DNA from: Rickettsiales bacterium
GTDB lineage: Bacteria; Pseudomonadota; Alphaproteobacteria; Methylaequorales; Methylaequoraceae
Direction of reading: 5' to 3'
Assembly: GCA_002691145.1 (NCBI GenBank)
Contig: NZHE01000006.1
Span: forward strand, 2,564-66,563
Length of the DNA: 64,000 bases
Position 1 is the stretch's first letter; every line of letters starts with the position of its first letter. Below are positions 30,243-39,817 of the stretch, piece by piece. Below the pieces are notes generated by a model. It was not told the origin of the DNA. It saw nothing but the letters and a program-made list of their open reading frames with translations, and ran no database searches. Both the position numbers and the translations under genes were made by a program.

Positions 30243-30254
30243 GTAGTAGATAAA

Positions 30255-31271
30255 ATGTTTAAAGATCTCTCTTTTTTTAAAAACGTGACAGTGCCCATTT
30301 GGTTCATGCGCCAGGCAGGAAGATATTTACCAGAATATAGAAAAATAAGGACTCAAAAAAAAAATTTTCTAGACTTGTGTTTTTCATCTGATTTAGCTTG
30401 TGACATTTCTCTTCAACCAATAAAACGATTTAATTTCGATGCAGTTATTTTATTTTCAGACATTCTTGTTATACCTTATTCGCTAGGACAAAACGTAACT
30501 TTTCAAGAAAACAAAGGACCAGTACTAAATCCTATCAACACCGTAAAAGATATGAAGTTTTTTTCTGAAAAAATATGGCTAAAGAAATTAATGCCGTCTT
30601 TTGAGACAATAAAACTTATAAAAAGAAAAAACTCTAAACCTCTCATTGGTTTCACCGGTTCACCTTTTACTTTATTAACATATATGTTAGAAGGTGGAAC
30701 AAGCAAGGACCATTATATAACAAAAAAAAAATTAATTGAAAATCCAAAAGAGATAGATAAAATAATTGAGTTATTAGTAGACATTTCAGTTTTTTATTTA
30801 GAACAACAAGTTAAAGCAGGAGCGCAAATTTTACAAATTTTTGAATCATGGGCAAGCGTTTTAGATGGCGCACTTTTTGAAAAATATATAATTGAACCAA
30901 ATAGACTTATTTGTTCAGAAATAAAAAAAAAGTTTCCCAAAATACCTATTATTTTTTTTCCAAAAGGATCAGCTCAGTATTATCCGGAAATTATAGAAAG
31001 AATAGAAATGGATGTAATTTCTTTAGATTTAAAATTTCCAAGCAAGGTTTTATCTTTATGCCGAAAAAAAGATATTGTAATACAAGGGTGTTTAGATCCC
31101 GTAAGGCTCGTTGTTGGAGGAAAACAATTAGAAGAAACAACGAAATGGATCTTAAATAAGTTTAAGTATAATAAACACATTTTCAATCTATCACATGGAA
31201 TACTGCCACAAACACCAATAAAGAACGTTGAAAAAGTAATAAACATTGTAAGAGAAAATGAAAAAAGTTGA
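30255..31271 (+). CDS. hemE: uroporphyrinogen decarboxylase
   Basis: PIWFMRQAGRYLPEY signature. The true ATG is at 30255, and the upstream ORF extension crosses the microsatellites. Confidence 0.93.
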   Translation: MFKDLSFFKNVTVPIWFMRQAGRYLPEYRKIRTQKKNFLDLCFSSDLACDISLQPIKRFNFDAVILFSDILVIPYSLGQNVTFQENKGPVLNPINTVKDMKFFSEKIWLKKLMPSFETIKLIKRKNSKPLIGFTGSPFTLLTYMLEGGTSKDHYITKKKLIENPKEIDKIIELLVDISVFYLEQQVKAGAQILQIFESWASVLDGALFEKYIIEPNRLICSEIKKKFPKIPIIFFPKGSAQYYPEIIERIEMDVISLDLKFPSKVLSLCRKKDIVIQGCLDPVRLVVGGKQLEETTKWILNKFKYNKHIFNLSHGILPQTPIKNVEKVINIVRENEKS

Positions 31272-32274
31272 AGATCATCCAATAATACCGTCATTCAAAA
31301 TAGGCGTTTTGTTGGTAAATTTAGGAACACCTGAGGGAACTCAATACTTTCCCATGAGAAAGTATTTAAACGAATTTCTTTCTGACAAAAGAGTTATAGA
31401 ATTACCAAAATTGGTTTGGAAGCCAATTTTAAACTTATTTATATTAACATTTAGACCGAGAAAATCAGGCAAAATGTATGAAAAAATATGGAATAAAAAG
31501 AAAAATCAATCACCTTTAAGAGTAAATACGGAAGAGCAAGCAGAAAAACTGAAGCAAAAATTTAACAAAAACAAAGTAATGCTTGATTGGGCAATGAGGT
31601 ATGGAAATCCATCGATAGAAAGTAAAATATTAAACTTAACTAAGAACGGATGTATGAAAATTTTAATTGTACCACTTTATCCTCAATATTCTGCTACAAC
31701 AACAGCTTCTGTAATGGATAAAGTTTTTGATGTAATGAAAAAGATCAGGTGGCAACCGTCGTTAAGAACATTAGCACCATATTATGATGAGGAGCTCTAT
31801 ATAGAAAAAATTGTAAAACAAATTAGAGCACATATAAAAAAATTAAAATGGAAACCGCAAGCAATAATTTGTTCGTTTCATGGATTACCGAAAAAATATT
31901 TCATGAAAGGAGATCCTTATCATTGTCAGTGTGTTAAGACAAATAGACTCATAAAAGAAAAATTAGAAAAAGAAATAAAAAATGTGGAGTTTTGCTTTCA
32001 GTCAAGATTTGGTCCACAAGAATGGTTAAAACCTTACATGAACGAAAAGTTTAAAGAGCTGATTGATAGAAACGTAAAAAAAGTTTGCATGGTAGCACCA
32101 GGGTTTTCGTCAGATTGTTTAGAGACACTGGAAGAAATTGCAATAGGAGGGAAAGAAGAATTTTTTGAAATGGGAGGCACACATTTTTCCTACATAGGAT
32201 GCTTAAATGATTCGAAAGATTCAATAGAACTTATTCAAAAGTTAATTCAAAAGAATTTAAAAGGATGGATATAG
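31258..32274 (+). CDS. hemH: ferrochelatase
   Basis: GVLLVNLGTPEG, PLYPQYS, SFHGLP. Confidence 0.95.
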   Translation: MKKVEDHPIIPSFKIGVLLVNLGTPEGTQYFPMRKYLNEFLSDKRVIELPKLVWKPILNLFILTFRPRKSGKMYEKIWNKKKNQSPLRVNTEEQAEKLKQKFNKNKVMLDWAMRYGNPSIESKILNLTKNGCMKILIVPLYPQYSATTTASVMDKVFDVMKKIRWQPSLRTLAPYYDEELYIEKIVKQIRAHIKKLKWKPQAIICSFHGLPKKYFMKGDPYHCQCVKTNRLIKEKLEKEIKNVEFCFQSRFGPQEWLKPYMNEKFKELIDRNVKKVCMVAPGFSSDCLETLEEIAIGGKEEFFEMGGTHFSYIGCLNDSKDSIELIQKLIQKNLKGWI

Positions 32275-32705
32275 GCTTATCGTATAATTTAATTAAAGCT
32301 TTACATATCATATTTATGACGACTTGGATGGCTGGCCTTTTTTATCTGCCAAGGATTTTTGTTTATCATTCGGAGACAAGAAGAAACACACGACAGTACA
32401 AAACTTTCAATACAATGGAGAGAAAACTTTATAATTATATTATGAATCCGTCACTTGTAGGGACGTGGGTATTTGGAATACTTTTAACACTTATAACGGA
32501 TAGTTACCTGGCAATTTGGATTAATCTAAAACTGGTACTCATATTTTTTTTAACACTTTTCCACATTTATTGTGGAAAAAATATACAAACGTTTAAAAAA
32601 GGTCAAAATTATCACTCAGGGAAGTTTTTTAGAATGATTAACGAAATTCCAACAATTTTATTTATAGCTATTATATTTATTGTAATATTTAAACCATTTA
32701 ATTAA
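32265..32705 (+). CDS. hemJ: protoporphyrinogen IX oxidase HemJ (UPF0093/CopD-like)
   Basis: 146 aa with 4 TM segments. ALHIIFMTTWMAGLFYLPRIFVYH. Follows hemE-hemH. Confidence 0.8.
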   Translation: MDIGLSYNLIKALHIIFMTTWMAGLFYLPRIFVYHSETRRNTRQYKTFNTMERKLYNYIMNPSLVGTWVFGILLTLITDSYLAIWINLKLVLIFFLTLFHIYCGKNIQTFKKGQNYHSGKFFRMINEIPTILFIAIIFIVIFKPFN

Positions 32706-32734
32706 TTGACAATAATAAATTTTTAACTAATAAT
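32706..32734 (+). promoter_or_regulatory. putative sigma70-type promoter for rho (TTGACA-N17-AATAAT)
   Basis: Perfect -35 TTGACA at 32706-32711 immediately after the hemJ stop, a 17-nt spacer, then AATAAT at 32729-32734. This would leave a leader of about 55 nt. AT-rich background makes -10 matches cheap. Confidence 0.35.
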
Positions 32735-32794
32735 AACCATATCTTCAAAAGAAATATTCTTATTTTAGACAACAAAAAATCAAAATAATTTAAA

Positions 32795-34051
32795 ATGCAC
32801 TTAAAAGAATTAAAGAAAAAAAATCCTTCGGAGTTGTTAAAAATTGCAGAAGAATTGAAAATAGAAAATGCAAGTACACTCCGCAAACAAGATATGATTT
32901 TTACTATTTTAAAACAGATGGCATATAATAAAACGGCAATATTCGGTGAAGGGGTATTGGAAATATTGCAAGATGGTTTCGGCTTCTTAAGATCGCCAGA
33001 AGCGAATTATTTGCCTGGGCCTGACGATATATACGTTTCTCCTTCACAAATAAAAATGCACAGTTTACGAACTGGAGATACAGTTGAGGGTGAAATGAGA
33101 TCGCCAAGAGAATCAGAGAGATATTTCGCAATAATTAAAATTGATAAAATAAATTTTGACAGCATAGAAAAAACAAAGCAAAGAATAAATTTTGATAATC
33201 TTACGCCTTTATATCCTGATGAAAAAATTAACATGGAAATACAGGATCCAACGCGTAAAGATATAACAAATAGAATTATGGATTTAATTGCACCTTTGGG
33301 TAAAGGTCAAAGAGCTCTAATAGTTGCACCTCCAAGAACAGGAAAAACGATGATGCTTCAAAATATAGCACATTCTATAACAACAAATCATCCTGATGCT
33401 TATTTGATTGTTTTGCTTATTGATGAGAGACCCGAGGAAGTTACAGATATGATCAGGTCAGTTAAAGGAGAAGTCGTGTCGTCAACATTTGATGAACCAG
33501 CAGTGAGACATGTTGCTGTAGCAGAAATGGTTATTTCTAAAGCAAAGAGGCTTGTTGAACATAAAAGAGACGTAATTATCTTGTTAGACTCAATTACGAG
33601 ATTAGCAAGAGCCTACAATACTCAGGTGCCGAGTTCAGGAAAAGTTCTTACGGGTGGCGTAGATGCAAACGCACTTCAAAGACCAAAAAGATTTTTTGGA
33701 GCAGCTAGAAATATAGAAGAGGGCGGCTCACTCACAATAATTGGCACTGCTTTAGTTGATACAGGATCTAGAATGGATGAGGTAATTTTTGAAGAGTTCA
33801 AAGGCACAGGTAATTCGGAAATTATTTTAGACAGAAAGCTATCTGATAAAAGAGTTTTTCCGGCCATAGACGTAACTAAATCTGGAACAAGAAAAGAAGA
33901 GCTTTTGGTTAGCAAAGACGATTTATCTAAAATGTGGGTGTTGAGAAAAATTTTAATGCCAATGGGCATTACAGATTCCATGGAGTTTTTAATTGATAAA
34001 ATTAAAAATTCTAAGACAAATGGAGACTTTTTCGAATCTATGAATAGTTAA
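32795..34051 (+). CDS. rho: transcription termination factor Rho
   Basis: N-terminal [24 protein letters not shown]-binding domain, Walker [16 protein letters not shown]. Confidence 0.98.
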   Translation: MHLKELKKKNPSELLKIAEELKIENASTLRKQDMIFTILKQMAYNKTAIFGEGVLEILQDGFGFLRSPEANYLPGPDDIYVSPSQIKMHSLRTGDTVEGEMRSPRESERYFAIIKIDKINFDSIEKTKQRINFDNLTPLYPDEKINMEIQDPTRKDITNRIMDLIAPLGKGQRALIVAPPRTGKTMMLQNIAHSITTNHPDAYLIVLLIDERPEEVTDMIRSVKGEVVSSTFDEPAVRHVAVAEMVISKAKRLVEHKRDVIILLDSITRLARAYNTQVPSSGKVLTGGVDANALQRPKRFFGAARNIEEGGSLTIIGTALVDTGSRMDEVIFEEFKGTGNSEIILDRKLSDKRVFPAIDVTKSGTRKEELLVSKDDLSKMWVLRKILMPMGITDSMEFLIDKIKNSKTNGDFFESMNS

Positions 34052-34099
34052 AAACATTTATTAAAAAATAGATTTTTAGTTTCGAATTAAGAACGTTTT

Positions 34100-35485
34100 A
34101 TGAAAAATAAAACTATTTATGCTTTATCATCTCCTTACGGTATTTCTGGAGTTTCAATTGTAAGAATTTCTGGTCCAGAAAGTAGAGAGGTTTTGAGTAA
34201 ACTTTGTAACTTTAAGACAATAATTCCAAGGCGCGCTTACCACAAAAAGATTTTAGATTTAAATTCTCAAATTATAGACAAAGGACTAGTTATCTTTTTT
34301 AGCTCGCCTAAGACTTTTACAGGTGAGGATATGCTAGAGTTGCATGTCCACGGAAGCATCGCAGTTATAAAAAAAATTTTAATTACATTAAGTGAATTCA
34401 ATAATCTTAGACCAGCTGAACCGGGAGAATTTAGCAAACGAGCACATTTAAACAATAAAATCAATGCTTTAGAGGCAGAGGGCACTTTTAATTTGATCAA
34501 TGCAGAAACAGAATTGCAGAGAAAGGTTAGTGTATCGCAGTCCTTTGGTGAACACTCAAAGATGTGTCAAAAATGGAAAAAAACATTACTAGAGATTTCT
34601 GCGATGGTGGACGCCCAAATAGAATTTTCGGAGGAGGACGAAAGTATTTCTAAGATCAGTATCTTTGAAAGAATCAATAGTCTTAGGCTTGAAATAGAGG
34701 AGGCAATTTTTCAATCTCAGTTTGCTTCAAAAATTTTTAGCGGTAAGGAAGTGTTAATTTTTGGACCTCCTAATGTTGGGAAATCAACATTCTTTAACTT
34801 GTTAATTAGAGAAAACAAGTCAATCGTTACTGAAATTCCTGGAACAACGAGAGATCAGGTAGATTTTGAATTACAACTTTTTGGAGAAAAGGTAAAAATA
34901 ATTGATTCTGCGGGCGTCCGTGTTACTGATGAAAGAATAGAAATGCTCGGAATAAAAAAAACAAAGCAAAAACTATTGAGCACAGAAAGAGTTATCATGA
35001 TTCTGTCTCCAGACGCACTAACAGAAAAAAATATTAATTATATTTTAAAGCTAAGAAAAAATATATTTAAGAAAAAGATTTTCTTAATATACAATAAATT
35101 AGATTTAGACCTTAACAAAAATCAGAGAGAAAAATGGGAAAATAAGATTCCAGAGTTAAAAAAATTCGTTAATGTTGAGATATCTTTAAATCTAGAAAAT
35201 GACAATAATAAAGCATATAAGTTGATTACAGAATCAATAAAAAAAAATCTTCTTGATTTCAATGATATAAGCGACCAAAAATTTTTTTTTACTGAACTAA
35301 GACAATTGCAACATTTAAAGAAATCCTTGAGGTTTTTGAATGGTGCGTGTAATCTTTTATCAAGAATTGAATTGGCATCTGAAGAGCTTAGGCTCGCACT
35401 TAATGAGATCGAATGTATAACTCAAAGAATCGACTCAGAGGAAAAGTTAGGCATTATCTTTGGAAAATTTTGCATAGGAAAATGA
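34100..35485 (+). CDS. mnmE: tRNA modification GTPase MnmE
   Basis: G1 GPPNVGKSTFFN, DSAG, C-terminal FCIGK motif. Confidence 0.95.
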   Translation: MKNKTIYALSSPYGISGVSIVRISGPESREVLSKLCNFKTIIPRRAYHKKILDLNSQIIDKGLVIFFSSPKTFTGEDMLELHVHGSIAVIKKILITLSEFNNLRPAEPGEFSKRAHLNNKINALEAEGTFNLINAETELQRKVSVSQSFGEHSKMCQKWKKTLLEISAMVDAQIEFSEEDESISKISIFERINSLRLEIEEAIFQSQFASKIFSGKEVLIFGPPNVGKSTFFNLLIRENKSIVTEIPGTTRDQVDFELQLFGEKVKIIDSAGVRVTDERIEMLGIKKTKQKLLSTERVIMILSPDALTEKNINYILKLRKNIFKKKIFLIYNKLDLDLNKNQREKWENKIPELKKFVNVEISLNLENDNNKAYKLITESIKKNLLDFNDISDQKFFFTELRQLQHLKKSLRFLNGACNLLSRIELASEELRLALNEIECITQRIDSEEKLGIIFGKFCIGK

Positions 35486-35486
35486 A

Positions 35487-37370
35487 ATGTTTCACGTGAA
35501 ACAAAAATATTTTGATGTATTAGTAGTAGGCGCAGGACATGCAGGAGTTGAAGCAGCTTTTGCAGCATCTAGAATGGGTGCAAAAACTGCCTTGGTTACT
35601 TTCTCTAAAAGTGATTTGGGAAAAATGTCCTGCAACCCAGCAATGGGAGGTCTAGGAAAAGGCCACCTTATTAGAGAAATTGATGCCCTTGGCGGATTAA
35701 TTGGCTTGGCTTCAGATAGGGCAGGAATTCAATTTAGAGTTTTAAATCAAACCAAGGGAGAGGCTGTAAGGGGCCCGAGAGCCCAGATTGATCGAAACAT
35801 TTATATGTGCGAAGTAAAAAAAATGATAGAAAATGAAAATATTGAAATATTTGAGGATGAAGTCATAGGATTAAACTTAGTAGAATCACCTTCTATTGAG
35901 AAAAAAACAATTTCTTCAATTGAGCTATTGAATAATAAAAAATTGCTCTGCAAATCTGTTGTTATTACCACGGGTACTTTCTTGAATGGCCTCATACACT
36001 GCGGGAGAAACAGTTGGAGAGCAGGTAGATTGGGAAGCAAGCCATCTATGAAGTTAGCTAAATTTTTTAAGGAAAATAAATTTAAAATTAAGCGTTTGAA
36101 AACTGGAACACCGCCCAGATTAGTTACAAAGAGCATAAATTTCAAAAAATGTTCTGTCCAACTTGGCGACAAAACGCCAAATCCGTTTTCTTTTTTAAAT
36201 GACTCTATAGACATTGAGCAGATCCCTTGCCACATAACAAGAACTAATCATAGAGTTCACCAGTTTATAGAGAAAAGTATCTACTTATCACCTATGTATA
36301 ACGGTACTATAAAAACGAAGGGGCCACGATATTGTCCTTCTATCGAAGATAAAGTGCAAAGGTTTTCTGAGAAGGAATCCCACCAGATTTTTTTGGAACC
36401 TGAAACAAGAACTAATGAGATAACATATCCAAATGGAATATCTACTGCTTTACCAAAGACCGTTCAACAAAAATTTTTAAAAATGATTCCTGGCCTAGAG
36501 AATGTTGAAATCAGTAAATATGGCTATGCAATCGAATACAATGTGATTGATAGCTCAGAATTAAAAGATAACTATGAGTCAAAGAAAATTGAGGGATTGT
36601 TCCTTGCAGGACAGATTAATGGAACTACAGGCTACGAAGAGGCAGCAGGTCAAGGAATCTTAGCAGGAATTAATGCTAGTAATAAATCAAGTGGACAACC
36701 TAATTTTATTTTAGATAGAACTGAGGCGTATTTGGGAGTTCTTACTAATGATCTTATGAAAGGAGGATTAGAAGAGCCATATAGGATGTTTACTTCAAGA
36801 GCAGAGTATAGACTTCTCCTCAGGTCTGATAATGCTGACGTAAGGCTTACAGATAAGTCCATCAAGCTAGGTTTAGCTTGCAACAAAAGAAAAGCGACAT
36901 GGCTAAAAAAGAAAAAGTCAATTTTTGAAGCTGAATCTATGTTGAAAAATTTAATGGCATCGCCTAAAAAAATTTCGAAATCTGGGATTAGTATTAATCA
37001 AGACGGCAAGAAGAGAACCGCCTATACTGTTTTGGGTTATAGTGGGGTTGATTGGCCTGATCTGGAGAAGATCTGGCCACAACTTAATTCACAAAAGATG
37101 AAGAAAGAAGAAAGAGAACAATTAAGAATAAAAGCGTCTTATGAAAAATATATTGACAGACAAATTGCTGAGATAAAAATTTTAAAAGAAGAATCCAAGC
37201 TCACAATACAACAAGATTTAGATCTCAGAGACTGTTCTGGTATTTCAAATGAAGCCAAAGATATTATAAGAAAATATAAGCCAAAAAATATTGGAGAAGC
37301 TGCACGCATGCCTGGAATGACTCCCGCTGCTACTGCTCTGTTGTTGCGATATGTGAAAAAATCAAAATAA
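35487..37370 (+). CDS. mnmG: tRNA uridine 5-carboxymethylaminomethyl modification enzyme MnmG (GidA)
   Basis: FAD motif VVGAGHAGVEAA, GPRYCPSIEDK, 627 aa. Confidence 0.98.
   Translation: MFHVKQKYFDVLVVGAGHAGVEAAFAASRMGAKTALVTFSKSDLGKMSCNPAMGGLGKGHLIREIDALGGLIGLASDRAGIQFRVLNQTKGEAVRGPRAQIDRNIYMCEVKKMIENENIEIFEDEVIGLNLVESPSIEKKTISSIELLNNKKLLCKSVVITTGTFLNGLIHCGRNSWRAGRLGSKPSMKLAKFFKENKFKIKRLKTGTPPRLVTKSINFKKCSVQLGDKTPNPFSFLNDSIDIEQIPCHITRTNHRVHQFIEKSIYLSPMYNGTIKTKGPRYCPSIEDKVQRFSEKESHQIFLEPETRTNEITYPNGISTALPKTVQQKFLKMIPGLENVEISKYGYAIEYNVIDSSELKDNYESKKIEGLFLAGQINGTTGYEEAAGQGILAGINASNKSSGQPNFILDRTEAYLGVLTNDLMKGGLEEPYRMFTSRAEYRLLLRSDNADVRLTDKSIKLGLACNKRKATWLKKKKSIFEAESMLKNLMASPKKISKSGISINQDGKKRTAYTVLGYSGVDWPDLEKIWPQLNSQKMKKEEREQLRIKASYEKYIDRQIAEIKILKEESKLTIQQDLDLRDCSGISNEAKDIIRKYKPKNIGEAARMPGMTPAATALLLRYVKKSK
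35488..35503. other. parS centromere-like site, perfect TGTTTCACGTGAAACA palindrome
   Basis: Read directly: gaaATGTTTCACGTGAAACAAaaa. It overlaps the mnmG start codon. Confidence 0.85.
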
Positions 37371-38029
37371 TGCCCGAGCTTCAAAAAAAAAAGTTTCAGG
37401 AATATACTAATGTTTCACGTGAAACAATGAGCTTATTTCAAAGTTACTATGACATCTTGATTAATTACCAAACAAAGGTTAATTTAATCGGATCTGGGAC
37501 TCTGAGAAATATTTGGTTGAGGCATTTTCTCGACTCAGCCAGGTTGCGTAGCCCAATTCTTTGCTTAATTCAAAAAAACAAATCAGTGCCTATCAAAATT
37601 TTAGATGTTGGAACTGGCGCTGGCTTTCCCGGAGTAGTGCTATCAATATTATTTAATAAAGAAAAAAACTTAAGATTTTTTTTAGCTGACTCTAATATAA
37701 AAAAAATTAAATTTCTAGAAGCACTTAAATCTAGGCTTAATTTGAATGTTGAGATTATATATTCGAGAGCAGAGGTTATTGAAAAAAAATTTGATTTAAT
37801 TATCGCAAGGGCAGTCGCAAATTTAGATAAACTTTTTAAAATAACTTATCCACTATGTAAAAAAAATAGCGTTTTGATTTTTTTAAAAGGGAAGAATTGG
37901 AAAAGTGAAATTAAAAGTTTAAAAAAACACTGGAAATTTAAAAATTTTATTGTTAAAACTAAAGACTGTAGTGTTTACTCAGATGGAGTGATTTTGCTAA
38001 TAAAAGAGCTTAGAAAAATTCACAATTAA
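37370..38029 (+). CDS. rsmG: 16S rRNA m7G527 methyltransferase RsmG (GidB)
   Basis: SAM motif LDVGTGAGFPGVVL. ATGA-type overlap with mnmG. Confidence 0.93.
   Translation: MPELQKKKFQEYTNVSRETMSLFQSYYDILINYQTKVNLIGSGTLRNIWLRHFLDSARLRSPILCLIQKNKSVPIKILDVGTGAGFPGVVLSILFNKEKNLRFFLADSNIKKIKFLEALKSRLNLNVEIIYSRAEVIEKKFDLIIARAVANLDKLFKITYPLCKKNSVLIFLKGKNWKSEIKSLKKHWKFKNFIVKTKDCSVYSDGVILLIKELRKIHN
37411..37426. other. parS centromere-like site, perfect TGTTTCACGTGAAACA palindrome
   Basis: Read directly: ctaATGTTTCACGTGAAACAAtga, inside rsmG (encodes NVSRET). Confidence 0.85.
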
Positions 38030-38036
38030 CGAAACG

Positions 38037-38837
38037 ATGAGAACTGTTTTATCTATTTGCAACCAAAAAGGAGGTGTTGGGAAGACCACAACAGCTGTAA
38101 ACCTTGCAACTGCTCTTACTGTTAGCGGGAAATCTTGCTTGATAATTGACCTTGATCCGCAAGGAAACGCAAGTACTGGTCTAGCAGTCTCTTCTGAGCA
38201 TAGGCATCCAGGCTCTTATGAAATGCTTGCTCAAAAAACTGATATTCTAGAAGCAATAAAACCAACCGAAGTTTCTGGTCTTGGAATTGTGCCATCAAGA
38301 GTTGAACTTTCAAATATAGAGCATGAACTCTCAAATATTCAACATAGGGAACAGTTATTGAAAAGATCTATAAATAGTCTTCCTTCTAGATATGATGCTA
38401 TAATTATTGATTGCCCACCTGGATTAGGATTTCTAACTACCAATGCATTAGTTGCATCTGACAGAGTTTTAGTTCCCTTACAGTGTGAGTTCTATGCTTT
38501 AGAAGGTCTTAGTCAGATTCTAAGAGTTATAAAAAAAGTAAAAGAAAACTTTAACGCTGATTTGAATCTCGATGGTATTCTTTTAACAATGTATGATTCT
38601 AGAAATAAACTTAGTTTTCAGGTTGAGGAGGATGTAAGAGAAGTAATGGGTTCAATTGTTTATAAAACAATTATACCAAGAAATATTAAAATTTCAGAGT
38701 CACCTTCACACGGAAAACCTGTTTTACTATATGACCACAAATGTATAGGGTCTGAAGCTTATCTAAGCTTAGCGGCCGAAGTTTTAGATAGAGGTAGTTT
38801 TGGAAAATTTAAAAAAAGAGCTGTTAGTGGGAATTAA
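38037..38837 (+). CDS. parA: chromosome partitioning ATPase ParA (Soj)
   Basis: Deviant Walker A NQKGGVGKTTTAVNLA. 266 aa. Confidence 0.96.
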   Translation: MRTVLSICNQKGGVGKTTTAVNLATALTVSGKSCLIIDLDPQGNASTGLAVSSEHRHPGSYEMLAQKTDILEAIKPTEVSGLGIVPSRVELSNIEHELSNIQHREQLLKRSINSLPSRYDAIIIDCPPGLGFLTTNALVASDRVLVPLQCEFYALEGLSQILRVIKKVKENFNADLNLDGILLTMYDSRNKLSFQVEEDVREVMGSIVYKTIIPRNIKISESPSHGKPVLLYDHKCIGSEAYLSLAAEVLDRGSFGKFKKRAVSGN

Positions 38838-38848
38838 ACTTGGTTAAG

Positions 38849-39817
38849 ATGAGTAAAAAAGGAGATAAAACAAAACGTAAATTGGGGATGGGCTTATCTT
38901 CATTATTAGTAAAAGACGATGCTTTATCTTCAATTGTTAAAAATTCTAGTAGACAGGCAAAGAAAACTGAATCAGGAAGTCTAAAAAAGAATATCAAAAA
39001 GTTTGAACTTAAGATAAATGCCACTAGTAACCAAACGCAAGCAGAAACACATTTACTTATACCAGGAACTTTTCAACCAAGAAAAATCTTTAATGTATCT
39101 GAAATTGAGGAACTAGCTGAATCAATTAAACAGAACGGCATACTTCAACCTATTTTGGTCAGGCCCTCAAAAAAAAATAGAAAAATGTTCGAAATTATTG
39201 CCGGAGAGAGACGTTGGAGAGCAGCACAAGTGGCTAGTCTACACGAAGTACCAGTAATAGTTAGAAATTTTGATGATAAAACATCTCTAGGTGTTGCTAT
39301 GGTAGAAAACTTACAAAGAAGCGATCTAAATATTATAGAGGAAGCAGAGGGCTATCGAATGCTAATGAATAAATTTGACTATACACAAGAAAAACTCTCA
39401 ATTCATCTTGGTAAAAGTAGAAGCCACATTGCTAATCTATTAAGATTACTAACAATTCCTGATAAAATAAAAAATAACTTGGTTGATGGTAAGATAAGTT
39501 ATGCACACGTAAGGACTATTTTAACCCTATCAGAAGAGCAAGCGATAGAAGTTACTGATGAGATAATGCAAAAAGACCTAAGTGTTCGTGTAACTGAAAA
39601 CCTTGTAAGAAAGTTAAAAAATAAAAACATCTCGTTTGAGAAAGCAAGGTACGAAGATCCAAATATACTAGCGCTTCAAAAAGAATTGACCCAATTACTT
39701 GGATTGAAAGTGATAGTAAAAAATAATTTAAAGAACAAAGGTTCATTGTCAATTTTTTACGAGAGTCTAGACCAACTTGAGCCCATAATAGATAAATTAA
39801 AGTGGAGACCTAAGTAA
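38849..39817 (+). CDS. parB: chromosome partitioning protein ParB (Spo0J)
   Basis: GMGLSSLL N-terminal motif, IIAGERRWRAA ParB box, HTH region. ATG at 38849, with a TTG alternative at 38840. Confidence 0.95.
   Translation: MSKKGDKTKRKLGMGLSSLLVKDDALSSIVKNSSRQAKKTESGSLKKNIKKFELKINATSNQTQAETHLLIPGTFQPRKIFNVSEIEELAESIKQNGILQPILVRPSKKNRKMFEIIAGERRWRAAQVASLHEVPVIVRNFDDKTSLGVAMVENLQRSDLNIIEEAEGYRMLMNKFDYTQEKLSIHLGKSRSHIANLLRLLTIPDKIKNNLVDGKISYAHVRTILTLSEEQAIEVTDEIMQKDLSVRVTENLVRKLKNKNISFEKARYEDPNILALQKELTQLLGLKVIVKNNLKNKGSLSIFYESLDQLEPIIDKLKWRPK

Larger units (their letters stand above)
29953..30254. other. candidate chromosomal replication origin (oriC) in the maf-hemE spacer
   Basis: Largest non-coding spacer in the window (284 bp). 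Four 8/9 DnaA-box matches, T10/AT-only tracts, (CAA)5 and (TA)7. The hemE | maf-aroE-coaE-dnaQ synteny matches the Caulobacter/Rickettsia origin, and gene orientation diverges from this point. Confidence 0.6.

Noticed and set aside
30174-30254. N-terminal extension of the hemE ORF (MWKKLLSSFTQNQQQQQSLYIYIVVDK).
   Set aside because: It is produced by reading through the (CAA)5 and (TA)7 microsatellites. The conserved hemE sequence starts at the ATG at 30255.
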